A DNA stretch of 64,000 bases, from NCBI GenBank assembly GCA_951406725.2, contig OX597815.1, positions 122,016,001-122,080,000 of the forward strand, written 5' to 3'. The notes beneath the pieces are model-generated. The model was not told where the DNA came from, did no database searches, and saw nothing but the letters and a program-made list of their open reading frames with translations. The stretch's first letter is position 1. Every line of letters starts with the position of its first letter. Both the position numbers and the translations under genes were made by a program. Origin of the DNA: Octopus vulgaris. Its lineage: Eukaryota. Shown piece by piece: positions 15,344-26,894 of the stretch.

Positions 15344-15389
15344 AAATAAACCTGATGAGTGTGTAACGCATGAAAGTACTAGTTTATTT
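15344..15389 (+). ncRNA. Minimal type I hammerhead ribozyme motif with intact core
   Basis: aaataaac-CTGATGA-gtgtg(taa)cgcat-GAAA-gtac-TA-gtttattt: perfect 8-bp stem I, 5-bp stem II, palindromic AGTACT stem III, CUA cleavage triplet. Confidence 0.78.
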
Positions 15390-15540
15390 CAATGTTGTGA
15401 AATTGTAAAAATGGCAAATAATAAAACGTGAAACTCAGAAGTTGAAATTTCATTGATTAATATATATTTATATATACACTATATTTATGCACTATAAATA
15501 CATATGTACTTAGCTAGGTATACATACAGACATAAATATG

Positions 15541-15571
<31 letters not shown>

Positions 15572-15819
15572 GCCTATAGGTAAGTCTATCTATGTGTCTA
15601 TGTATTCAGAGTGCAAAAATTATAAACAACATGAAGATGAGATAAAAAACACAAACAAAGAGTGTTTTAGGTTTATACTCAGGAAAAATAGAAGAAAAAG
15701 TCTTTTATGTTTTGAACACATGATATACTCTGCTACAGAATAGATGAGGAGAGAAAAAAAACTGTAGAGAAGAAAGAAGAATCATATCTCAGTTAGATAG
15801 TCACCACATGGTGAAAATA

Positions 15820-16430
15820 TATCATCATCATCATCATCATCATCATTTAACGTCCGCTTTCCATGCTAGCATGGGTTGGACGGTTCAACTGGGGTCTGGG
15901 GAGCCCGAAAGCTGCACCAGTCCAGTCAGATCTGGCAGTGTTTCTACAGCTGGATGCCCTTCCTAACGCCAACCACTCCGAGAGTGTAGTGGGTGATTTT
16001 ATGTGCCACCGACACAGGTGCCAGACGAGGCTGGCAGACGGCCACGCTCGGATGGTGTTTTTATGTGCCACCGACACAGGTGCCAGATGAGGCTGGCAAA
16101 CGGCCACGATCGGATGGTGCTTGCTACGTGCCCACAGCACGGAGGCCAGTCGATGCGGCACCGGCTACGGCCACGTTCGGATGGCCCCCTTGTGTGCCAC
16201 GTGCCACCACAAAGATACAAATTCCATTGATGTTCATCTATTTTGATTTGTTTTGATTTTCACTTGCCTCAACAGGTCTTCACAAGTGTCACAAGAAGGA
16301 AGGTATGCACAGGTGGACTGACTACGTCCCAGGTAGGGGCCATGGGTTATGGCCTGACTAGTCTTGCCGGGTCTTCGGATGGTGTTTTTATGTGCCACCG
16401 ACACAGGTGCTAGATGAGGCTGGATGAGGC
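15820..16430 (-). mobile_element. RTE LINE 3'UTR fragment with internal tandem units
   Basis: (cat)n tttaacgtccgctttccatgctagcatggg terminus; repeated atgtgccaccgacacaggtgccaga units. Confidence 0.8.
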
Positions 16431-16791
16431 TGGTATATTTATAATAATGTACTAATTATTCATTCATTCATTTGTAATTCAAATTTTCATCATGTGCAAT
16501 CTTTTATGGAATGTTTAGTTGAATGATGGAACTTTAGGCAGCCTCAGAATAAGAACATAGAATGTCAAATTAATTTGCCCTAGTCAGGTTATAAGGTGCC
16601 TAGCAATGTAGTGAAATACTAAAATATAATATGATATTCTCTGTTAATCGTAGAATACAATATCTTCACCTCGTTTATGCATGAGATTTCATTTTTGATG
16701 CTATTAAGGCTTATAAAGTTGTTTGTAATTGCTTTATTTTAAAATTTCCAAACATACTGTTATAAAGTAGCGGAACTGATTCTATGTTGTG

Positions 16792-16823
<32 letters not shown>

Positions 16824-17670
16824 GTGTAATATATATATATAGAGAGAGAGAGCAAGAAGAGGGAAAGAGTCCATGTTGCTAATAATGTACTAATATGCTA
16901 CACTTTTAAGAACTGTATAAAATTTGTTAGGGTCATAGCTCATAAAGGATTGTGGTTCATTTTTAATTTATTAGTCTTTTTTTTATCAACTAATAAATCT
17001 AAGGCTAGAGGACAGTGTCTGTTTAGAATGGAGAGCAGGAGTGAGCTGACAGTTTATAGTTGGGTATGGTCATAAATATTGTCAGGATTTTAGGATTTGT
17101 ATAAATAACTGTCTATAAAGAAGGCTGGATAGGGGAAGACCCCAATCAAGACGTTAATTACCAATTAAAGGGGTAAGATGCTAATAAAACCTATGATGCT
17201 AATACAGAGGAAATTATCATGGGGTACTATAGATGATAGTATATAAACAATATTGTTATGTTGTATACAGATAAAATTTAATTGTATGATATTATAACCA
17301 GAATAGATAAAATGTGTTAATATACCAATTTTCAACAATATATATATATATATATATATATCTATATATACACTAGGTCTGATCATTAAGTATCCGGGAC
17401 TGTTGCCATAGTAACGAAGCTAAAGCATGCAGAGTAAAGCCACTTGGTACAGAGTGACCTTGCACTCTGTTGTGCATGCACACTAAATTTTAACATTCTA
17501 ACTTACTTCTGTTATATTATATTCATAGTATATCATGTAATATTGTAATATAAATAAATTATTGGATTGTCAATAGTATCTATCTACTTAATTTATCTTT
17601 ATAATTGCATTATACCAATATTTATATGGTATTCAACAAAAGTACTAGTGAATTGATGTTTAACACACCC

Positions 17671-17713
<43 letters not shown>

Positions 17714-17749
17714 TTTATGCATGTATATATATGTATATGCACACCATAA

Positions 17750-17801
<52 letters not shown>

Positions 17802-17856
17802 ACACATATATATGTCTATATATGTCTGTGTGTTTGTATACACTGACATAAATGTT

Positions 17857-17887
<31 letters not shown>

Positions 17888-18099
17888 AAATATGAATGTG
17901 TATTGGGAATATGAGGAGATAATGAGCAGAGATATGCCCATCTATACTGACCCACCAATGGGAGGGTGCTAAGGTTCAGGGTTGAAACACCCAATGATTG
18001 TAGGATACCGTTTGATGGCATCAGCTCCTTCTGGCCAAAGCTCCATTGACTCTGGTAAATGGAAAAGAAGCTCCTTTTTCTGGCTGTTATCAATAACCT

Positions 18100-18270
18100 A
18101 ATACATACATACATACATACATACATACATACATGCATGCATGCATGCATGCATGCATGCATACATACATACATACATACATACATACATACATACATAC
18201 ATACATACATACATACATACATACATACATACATACATACATACATACATACATACATACATACATACAT
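18100..18270. repeat. (TACA)n/(TGCA)n microsatellite; representative of many (TA)n, (CA)n, (GATA)n and (AAT)n arrays in the window
   Basis: Directly visible; arrays like this generate the many [12 protein letters not shown] ORFs. Confidence 0.97.
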
Positions 18271-19119
18271 GTAAATCATGAGTTATAAGGCTTATTCTGA
18301 TGTATTGTTTCACCTCATTTGACAGTTCTTTGCCATCTGATGCTCACATCAACAAAGAAACAATATTTGTTGTTGTACTTATCATGTTTTTCTAACACAA
18401 TTTTTTACTGCTGGATGCTCTTCTGATCAATAATCATATTATAGCATAGGCTGAATGCATTTTAACTTGCCACCAGTCATAGTCTATCTCAAGGATAGTA
18501 AAGTTCTATCCACCTTGTATAAGTCATTCTTTTTGCATTTTAGTTATTTCCCTTCTCAGCAAGTTGCCTTCATTGCTGTATGCAACTTCCATGTCCCTCT
18601 CATTTCATCTTCCTGTCTTTTTACAGCATTTATGGTTGGATCACACTATCTATTTTCAACAGTGGGCATTTTTATCATATTCTCATCTTTACAACATTTG
18701 ATTGATAGGCCTAAAGAATCTGTAAATTGTTTAAAATCTTTTCAATCAGTTACATACCTTTTTGCCCATTTTCTTCCATTCAACTTTAACAATGTAGCGT
18801 ATAACACAAGTCATTTTTGCATCTTCACCAATCTTAGCCTCCAAAAGTCTGGGGAGTTCCTTCACAAATACTGGAGGAAATTGTCTGTAAGAATTTTAGA
18901 CATATTGTAACATAATATTAATTTGTTATTAATATAATGAAATTACAAAATAATAATAAAAACAACAACAATAATAATCAATAATCAGTCTCTGGTTTAG
19001 ACTTGGGTGCAGCTTGTATAAATTAAAGCAAAGCCAAAACATAATAATAACAACTAGCAGAAAACCACCCAGAGGTCTGTATTTTTGTTAGTAATAATAA
19101 TAATGATAATAATAATAAT

Positions 19120-19640
19120 AATACTCTCTACTATAGGTAAAAGCCTTGAAACTTTGTGGGTTAATTAATTACATTGACTGCAGTGCTCAATTAGTACTTT
19201 CTTTATCAATCCAGAAAAAATGAAAGGCAAAGTCAACCTCAGTGGAATTTGATCTCAGAACATAAAGCTGGAAGAAATGACACCAAGTATTTTATCCAGC
19301 ATGCTAACAATTCTGCCAGCTCACTGCCTTAATAATAATACCAATTTGTAATGATAACTGCCCAACAGACCATAACACACATGGTAACATACTGACAGAG
19401 TAACAAGCAGAATTATAATGAGAACCTTTCTAATTATAGCACAAGATCTGCTGTTGGGGTGGGGTTAAGTCAATTGCATTGATCCCCAGTATTTGGCTGC
19501 TACTTCATTTTATCAACCTCAAAAGGATTAAATGTAAAGTTGATCTCAGCAGGAATTGAGCTTAACACGTAAAGAGCCAGATTAAATACCACTAAGCATT
19601 TTCTCCAATGCACTAATGATTCTCCAAGCTCACTGCCTTA
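19120..19640 (-). mobile_element. Two tRNA-derived SINEs (family B) next to (AAT)n
   Basis: gaaaggcaaagtcaacctcagtggaatttga...aattctgccagctcactgcc. The central block resembles the Meta-SINE domain, recalled from memory and unverified. Confidence 0.7.
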
Positions 19641-19667
19641 ATGATGATGATGATGAGGAGGAGGATG

Positions 19668-19780
<113 letters not shown>

Positions 19781-19782
19781 AA

Positions 19783-20735
19783 CTGATGGACATGGATACG
19801 TAAACAAGAAAAATGTTGACAGTGCACAGAGCTTTCAACCCTAAGAGTGACACCAATAGACTGCACTTGTCCAAAAGAAAGAGTAGGAGAGGTTTGATCA
19901 GTTACCAGGGATGTATTGAAAGAGAAAAACAGCTCAGGGTGGAATGTAAAAATACCATGAAACCATTGTTGAAACATGTGAAGAAGTCCAGTGTCATTAA
20001 AACTGATAATTGTGTTAAGAGAGAAAAACTGAGGAAAAAAGCACAAAAGAAGAAACAACATGGAACGAGATAAAAAAGGTAAAATCAGTTTGCTAGAGAT
20101 ATAAATGCCAAGACAAGATATAAGAGACCGATGGCTATGGATGAGGAGGAGTAACCTGAAGATAGAGAAAAAAGCACTTGTGTGCACAGCTCAAGAACAA
20201 GCATTAAGGACTATTATGTGAAGTGCAGAATTGACAACACTACTAACAGCGACAAATGCAGAATGTGTGGTGAGAGAGGTGAAACAGTATGACACATCGT
20301 TAGCGAATGCTCAAAATTGGCACAATGCGAATACAAAACATATCATGACAATGTGGCAAGAATGGTCCATTGTGAGCTCTGTGGAAATATGGTCTACAAA
20401 GAGCAAAGACATGGTATGAGCAAAGCCCAGAAGGAGTCACCAAGAATGAAAATTGTAAAATCCTGTGGGATGCAATGATTCAGTGCAATCACCTGACCAG
20501 ACATAAGAAACCAGACATTGTTGTGGGGAATAAAAAAGAAAGAACATGCATGATAATCGAGAAAGCATGTCCTGATGACAACAGGATCAGAGAGAAAAAA
20601 AGAAGAAAAACTGAATGACTACGACAATTTGAAGTGGGAAATATGAAGGTTGTGGTCAATGAGGAGAGTAGACATGATACCAATATTAATTGGTGCACTT
20701 GGAAGTATCAGCACTCAGCTACCAACATGCTTCAA
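19783..20735 (+). mobile_element. R4/Dong-like (restriction-like endonuclease) LINE fragment, decayed
   Basis: Across frames: HRAFNPKSDTNRL, AQEQALRT, CRMCGERGETVxHIVSEC (CCHC), HDNVA, KILWD, KPDIVV, IPILIGALG. Preceded by (AAT)n(AAG)n. Confidence 0.85.
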
Positions 20736-20789
20736 AATGATTGGTACTTACTTTTTACTCAAAAAGATGTTGCCGATATTCTTATATTC

Positions 20790-21172
20790 TTTTATTTGTT
20801 TCAGTCATTTGACAGTCAAACAAATCAGCCCCAGGACTTATTCTTTGTAAGCCTAGTACTTATCCTATCGGTGTCTTTCGCCAAACTGCTAAGTTACAGT
20901 GATGTAAACACATCAAAATTGGTTGTCAAGCGATGGTGGGGAGACAAACACAGACAAACAAGCATACACACACACACACACAAACACACATGCAGACACA
21001 CAGATATATATGACAGGCTTCTTTCAGTTTCCATCAGCCAAATCCACTCGCAAGGCTTTGGTCAGCCTGAGGCTATAGTAGAAGACACTTACCCAAGGTG
21101 CCACACAGTGGGATTGAACCCAGAACGATGTGGTTGGTAAGCAAGCTACTTACCACACAGCCACTCCTATGC
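20790..21172 (-). mobile_element. tRNA-derived SINE (family A)
   Basis: Reverse complement of the 40013-40420 element, with A/B-box head. Confidence 0.8.
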
Positions 21173-21180
21173 CAATATAT

Positions 21181-22076
21181 ATCATCATCATCATCATCAT
21201 CGTTTAATGTTCGTTTTTTAAGGTAGCATGGGTTGGACGGTTCGACCAGGGTCTGGGAAGCCAGGAGGCTGCACCAGGCTCCAGTCTGATCTGGCAGTGT
21301 TTCTACAGCTGGATGCCCTTCCTAACACGAACCACTCCGTGAGTGTAGTGGGCACTTTTTACATGCCACCGGCACATTTGCCAGGGGAGGCTGGCAACGG
21401 CCACGATCAGTTGGTGCTTTTTGCATGCCACCGGCATGGAAGCCAGTCAAGGCAGCGCTGGCATTGGCCATGTACGGATGGTGCATTTTATGTGCTACCG
21501 ACACAGGTATTACAACTACAATTTCCATTTATATATGTATATATTTATATGTATATATATATATGTATATGATGATGATCATCATCATCATCGTTTAACG
21601 TCCGTTTTCCATGCTAGCATGGGTTGGACGGTTTTGACTGAGGGCTGGCAACCAGATGGCTGCACCAGGCTCCAGTCTTGATCTGGCAGAGTTTCTACAG
21701 CTGGATGCCCTTCCTAATGCCAACCACTCCGAGAGTGTAGTGGGTGCTTTTTACGTGCCACCGGCACGGGGGCCAGTCTAGCGGTACTGGCAATGACCTC
21801 GCTCGAATCTTTTACACGTGCCACTGACACAGGTGCCAGTGAAGCGACGTTGGTAACGATCACGCTTGAATGGTACCCTTTTACATGCCACGGGTACGGA
21901 AGCCAGTTGGCTGCTCTGGCAACGATCACAACGATCACCCTCGGATGGTGTTCTTGGCACCCTACTAGCACAGGCGCCAGTAAGGCGACGCTAGCAACGA
22001 TCACACTCTTATGGTGCTCTTTGCACCCCACTAGCACGGATGCCAGTCATCAAAATGATTTTGATTTGATTTGATT
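21181..22076 (-). mobile_element. Two tandem RTE 3'-end fragments
   Basis: Two (cat)n-cgtttaa termini at ~21181 and ~21580, each followed by the family 3'UTR. Confidence 0.8.
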
Positions 22077-22121
<45 letters not shown>

Positions 22122-22319
22122 GTATGTGTATATTTATGTGTGTGTGTGTGTTATCCAAATAAGCCCTGAATTGCTCTGACATTTCCTGATCATTGGAAAT
22201 GTGGTGAACCAGTAATTGAACCACCGGAGCTATTTAACTGATAATGCCATTACTAACTAAATATACGATGTGAAATTAAAATAGATAATAGATTTTGATT
22301 GTTTACTTTGAATGTAATT

Positions 22320-23851
22320 GAGAAATTCGATGAAAGGGAGGAGGAGCTACAGACTTGTGACATAGAGGGCAACTGGGAATTCCTGAGGGACAGCTTGTTG
22401 AGTGCCACAGACCAAATCTATTTTCTGGAGCAAAGTCTCATCTAGAGCTAGGGTAACGTGGTGGTGGAACAATACAGTAGATAGAACCATTAGAGCTAAG
22501 AACCAAGCCTGGAAGGCCTGGAAGAATTGGAGCAGCAGAATACTGTATCAGATTGCCAGAAGGGATGTTAGGAGACAAGTATATCTAACCAAGGGAGAAG
22601 CAGAAAAGAAGAAGTTTGTCTATATTCAAAGTCTTAGTAAGTAGGAAGGCAGACAAATCACAAATGCCTTCAGGTAGATTGCCCTGCTCAATCTGTAGAA
22701 AAGGTGTAGGTAGAAACTCTATAAGATGCACTCAGTGTATGCTTTGGACAGATAAAAAGTGCAGCAATATTACAGGAAGGTTAACAGGGAAACTAGCTTT
22801 TGTATGTGGAATATGCACAGATACAATAAATGCTGAAAATGGGCAGAAAATAGACTACATCAACTGCCAGGGGGCATGCTCGGGGTAGTAGTTAGCTTCC
22901 GTTATCTAGGTGACCAAGTTAGTAGTGGAGGTGAATGCTCCAAGAGCGTCACTGTGAGAATAAGTTTAGGATGGGCAAAGTTCAGAGAGCTCCTACCCCT
23001 GCTGGCAACAAAGGGCCTATCTATCATAGTGAAAGGTAGATTGTTTGATGCCTGTGTGCAAACAGCTATGTTGACTGGCAGTGAAACATGGGCTGTGACA
23101 ACCGATGACATGCATAGACTTGAAAGAAATGAAGTCAGTATACTTCACTGGATGTGCAATTTCAGTGTACATGTATGACAAAGTGTAAATGTCTTGAGAG
23201 AGAAAAGTTAGGCATAAGAGGCACCAGTGGTGCGCAAGAGAGACAACTGTGCTGGTATGGTCACATGTTGCATATGGATGAGGACAGCTGTGTAAAGAAG
23301 TGCCAATCTCTAACTGTGGAGGGAACTTGTGGTAGAGGTAGACGCAGAAAGACATGGAACGAGGTGGTGAAGCATGATCTTTGAACTTTGAGCCTCACAG
23401 AGGCAATAACTGGTAACCAAGACCTTTGGCAATGTGTTGTGCCTAAGAGGACCCATCAAGCCAAGTGCACCTGTACTGGTGGCAAGTAAAGAACACCTTT
23501 TGAGTGTTGGGATTCATGGAGGCAAAATGGCTGAGTTGTTTTCAACTGCTAGGCCTCATGGAGGCCATGACCGAGACCTTTGGCATTATGTCATGCTTGA
23601 CAAGAAGACCCATCAAGCCAAGAAAAATCACAGTCATGGCAGATAGTGGTGTCACGCAAATTGGCTCCCATGCCAGGAGCACGTAAAAGCACCCATTACA
23701 CTCTTAGAGTGGTTGGCATTAGGAAGGGCATCCAGCCATAGAAAGCCATGCCAAATCAGACTGGAATTTGGTGCAACCTTTCAGCATGTTAGCCCAGTCA
23801 AACTGTCAAACCCATGCCAGCATGGACAACAGACATTAAATGATGATGATG
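22320..23851 (+). mobile_element. Internally deleted RTE LINE (linker joined to PHD-like finger and C-terminus)
   Basis: VTWWWNNTVDRTIRAK linker, then PCSICRKGVGRNSIRCTQC...CGIC, FRYLGD, GSETWA, WYGHMLHMDE, RGRRRKTW and a (gat)n tail. Confidence 0.85.
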
Positions 23852-25003
23852 AACTTTATTTGAAAGATATATATATATGTTTTATATGATCAAGCTTCAG
23901 ATTAAAACTCTTTCCTATAATAATAAAACTCCTCAAATATCAAAAACAGAAAAAAAATATAAACCTATTATACAACTGTATCAGGTATATTGGTGTTTCT
24001 TCAAGGCCAAGAAGTACTTGAGATATGAGGGTCTGTTGACTTTTTACAAGGCCTAGGTTGGAATGTAGCACTATTCCAACAGTTCAATCCTTGCTATCTT
24101 AAATTATATTTAGAAATAAGCTGTTCACCTTATCTACAAACCTTTCTCATTAATAACTTTCATTCTTTAGATAATTTGGAGTAGTGTTATCTCCTTCTTT
24201 TAATCTACTCTCACATAAATGGATATCCTTCCCTGAACTTTTCAATTATGTTATACTTCTTCCTTGAAACTAATGAATGTACTTGTCCTTTTCCTTCATG
24301 CTATCACTACAGTATCAGCCTAAATCCTGTATGCAACATAAGTACTGGAAGAACTTCACTGAATGGATATTTTATTCCTTCACTTTTACAAGTATTAATT
24401 AACCTGCCCCAAATATGATAAAGTCTTTCACATTTGCCAGCCATTGCTCATATATACATGTGATTGTGTGTGTTTACACTTGTAAGTGTATATATATATA
24501 TATATATATAGTGCATGTGTATGTGTAAATACATACATATATGTTTGTAAATATATATATACTGATAGATAGATAGATATAGATATATATTTGACCTAAA
24601 TGCTTTGAATTATGAATTACTCAGGGACCAGAATCAAAACATGTAGGTTTTTTGAGTTTCTTTTGTACTTTTTAAAAATATATTTGTATTTAAATTTTAA
24701 CTTCAAACTATGATACAAGTGAATTAACTACACATCCTCAACTTTCTATTCTCTTACCTTATTATAAATAATACTTATAATAATCCCTAACATATTGTGG
24801 AGATTTTCTTCTAATGTAATGGAGATTAAACCAGTGAAACTTTTGGATTTATTAATCAGTAATGAGGACAAAACATCCTTGAAATGACTATACATACATA
24901 CATACATACATACATACATACATACATACATACATACACACATATATATATATATAGATATATAGATATAGATATATATAAATATAGATATAGATATATA
25001 TAC

Positions 25004-25670
25004 AAAGTGTAACTGCTAGAGTAAGAATAGCTTGGGCAAAGTTCAGAGAGCTCTTACCTCTGCTGGTGACAAAAGGCCTCTCGCACAGAGTGAAAGGCAG
25101 ACTGTATGATGCGTGTGTACGAACAGCCATGCTACATGGCAGTGAAACATGGGCCGTGACCGCTGAGGATATGCGTAAGCTCGCTAGAAATGAAGCCAGT
25201 ATGCTCCGATGGATGTGTAATGCCGGTACTCACACTCGGCAGAGTGTAAGTACCTTGAGAGAAAAGCTGGACCTAAGAAGCATCAGTTGTGGTGTGCAAG
25301 AGAGACGTTTGCGCTGGTATGGTCATGTGGCGAGAATGGATGAAGATAGTTGTGTGAAAAAGTTCCACACCCTAGCGGTTGAGGGAACCTGTGGAAGAGG
25401 CAGCCGCCCCCGTTTCGTGTCCGTTGCCAGCCTCGCCTGGCCTCGTGCCGGTGGCACATAAAAAGCACCATCCGTCTGGCCGTTTGCCAGCTCTGTCTGG
25501 CACCAGTGCGGGTGGCACGTAAAAAGCACCCACTACACTCACGGAGTATCCAGCCGTAGAAACACTGCCAGATTTGATGGGCCTGATGAAGCCTTCTGGC
25601 TTCACAGACCCCAGTAGAACCGTCCAACCCATGCTAGCATGGAAAACGGACGCTAAACGATGATGATGAT
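25004..25670 (+). mobile_element. RTE LINE 3' fragment
   Basis: ORF 25066-25461 with GSETWA and LRWYGHVARMDED; (gat)n tail. Confidence 0.88.
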
Positions 25671-25674
25671 ATGA

Positions 25675-25736
<62 letters not shown>

Positions 25737-25856
25737 CATATATATACATACATACATATATATGTATATGCATATATATATATGTATATATATACATATA
25801 TATATACACGTATATATATACACATATACATATATACTTACATATATATATGTGTG

Positions 25857-25906
<50 letters not shown>

Positions 25907-26320
25907 GTAATACATATATATAGACACTTAGACACACAAACAAACACACTTCATATCAAGATGCTTTCACATGCTGGTTCATAAAATATTTTGCAGCAAA
26001 TATTACTTATATTACTTTTTGCTCGTCCTCTCATTATTCAGTCATTCTCTTCCTCTTTGTAAATTATCTCTTAACATTAGAGTAATTTGTAGGGTTTTTA
26101 TACCAGAATGAACATTGTATTAATATAGTAGTTTGATAACAGCCAAAAACGTTTAAATGGTTATAAATGGTATATAAACAGATTAATTTCTAATTTCAGT
26201 TCTAAGGATCAGTCAAAATGTGTATTGCTCAATACTAACATCATAAGATTTTACAGCTATTAATTCAATATTTCTCCTCTGATATACCTTACAATTTTAA
26301 ATTCACAGATAAAATAGTTG

Positions 26321-26352
<32 letters not shown>

Positions 26353-26894
26353 AAAGAACAAATTGCTCTGTAGATATGAGATGTCTGGTGCTTAATAACA
26401 AAGTACGAAAGCTTTATGAAGTGTTTTTATTAAAAGAAACAAATAAAATTAATATTGTTGTAAAGAGACTTTTCCTGCGAGGCCTAAGGATATTATCTAT
26501 AATATAACATAAAAACATTGGTTTAACAGTTAATAGTTTCCTTTTAAAGTTTTTTTAAATAGATTTTTTCCCAATACTAATGTAAATTGCAGAAAACTAA
26601 AAAAGTGAATAAAGTTATAAATACTTTAAAATAAATTAGAACCTTTTAAGAATAAATATTTCTAAAATAGAAATATTTTAAATTATATATTGTACTAATT
26701 TTAGATTTAGCTGATCTCATATAGACAATGTCAATACATTTTATGTTTTAGAATGTGCCAATATATTGCTTGAGCCAAATTAAATTTATGTAAAAATGTT
26801 TAATTATAAATCCCATTATATTTCCTAACAAAGATTCTATATAATTTTATATAAAATCACATGATATACTTCTCAACATGAAATACTGACTTAC

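Larger units (their letters stand above)
15179..15465. repeat. ~290-bp palindrome made of two head-to-head hammerhead-bearing units
   Basis: atatattaatcaatgaaat pairs with atttcattgattaatatat; catcaggtttatgtagtgac pairs with gtcactaaataaacctgatg. Confidence 0.85.

Noticed and set aside
17599-18279. 226-aa minus-strand ORF inside the host intron
   Set aside because: Mostly microsatellite; the unique middle part has no domain signature or good splice sites.
24758-24887. Open 130-bp segment with AG/GTAAG ends and phase 2 to 0, which would bridge the giant exon and the Ig exon
   Set aside because: No polypyrimidine tract (acceptor abuts (TATG)n) and no Ig Cys/Trp motif; probably chance.
25582-25612. 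CTGATGA followed by a hairpin
   Set aside because: A point variant of the RTE tail (cctggtgcagcc) with no GAAA box.
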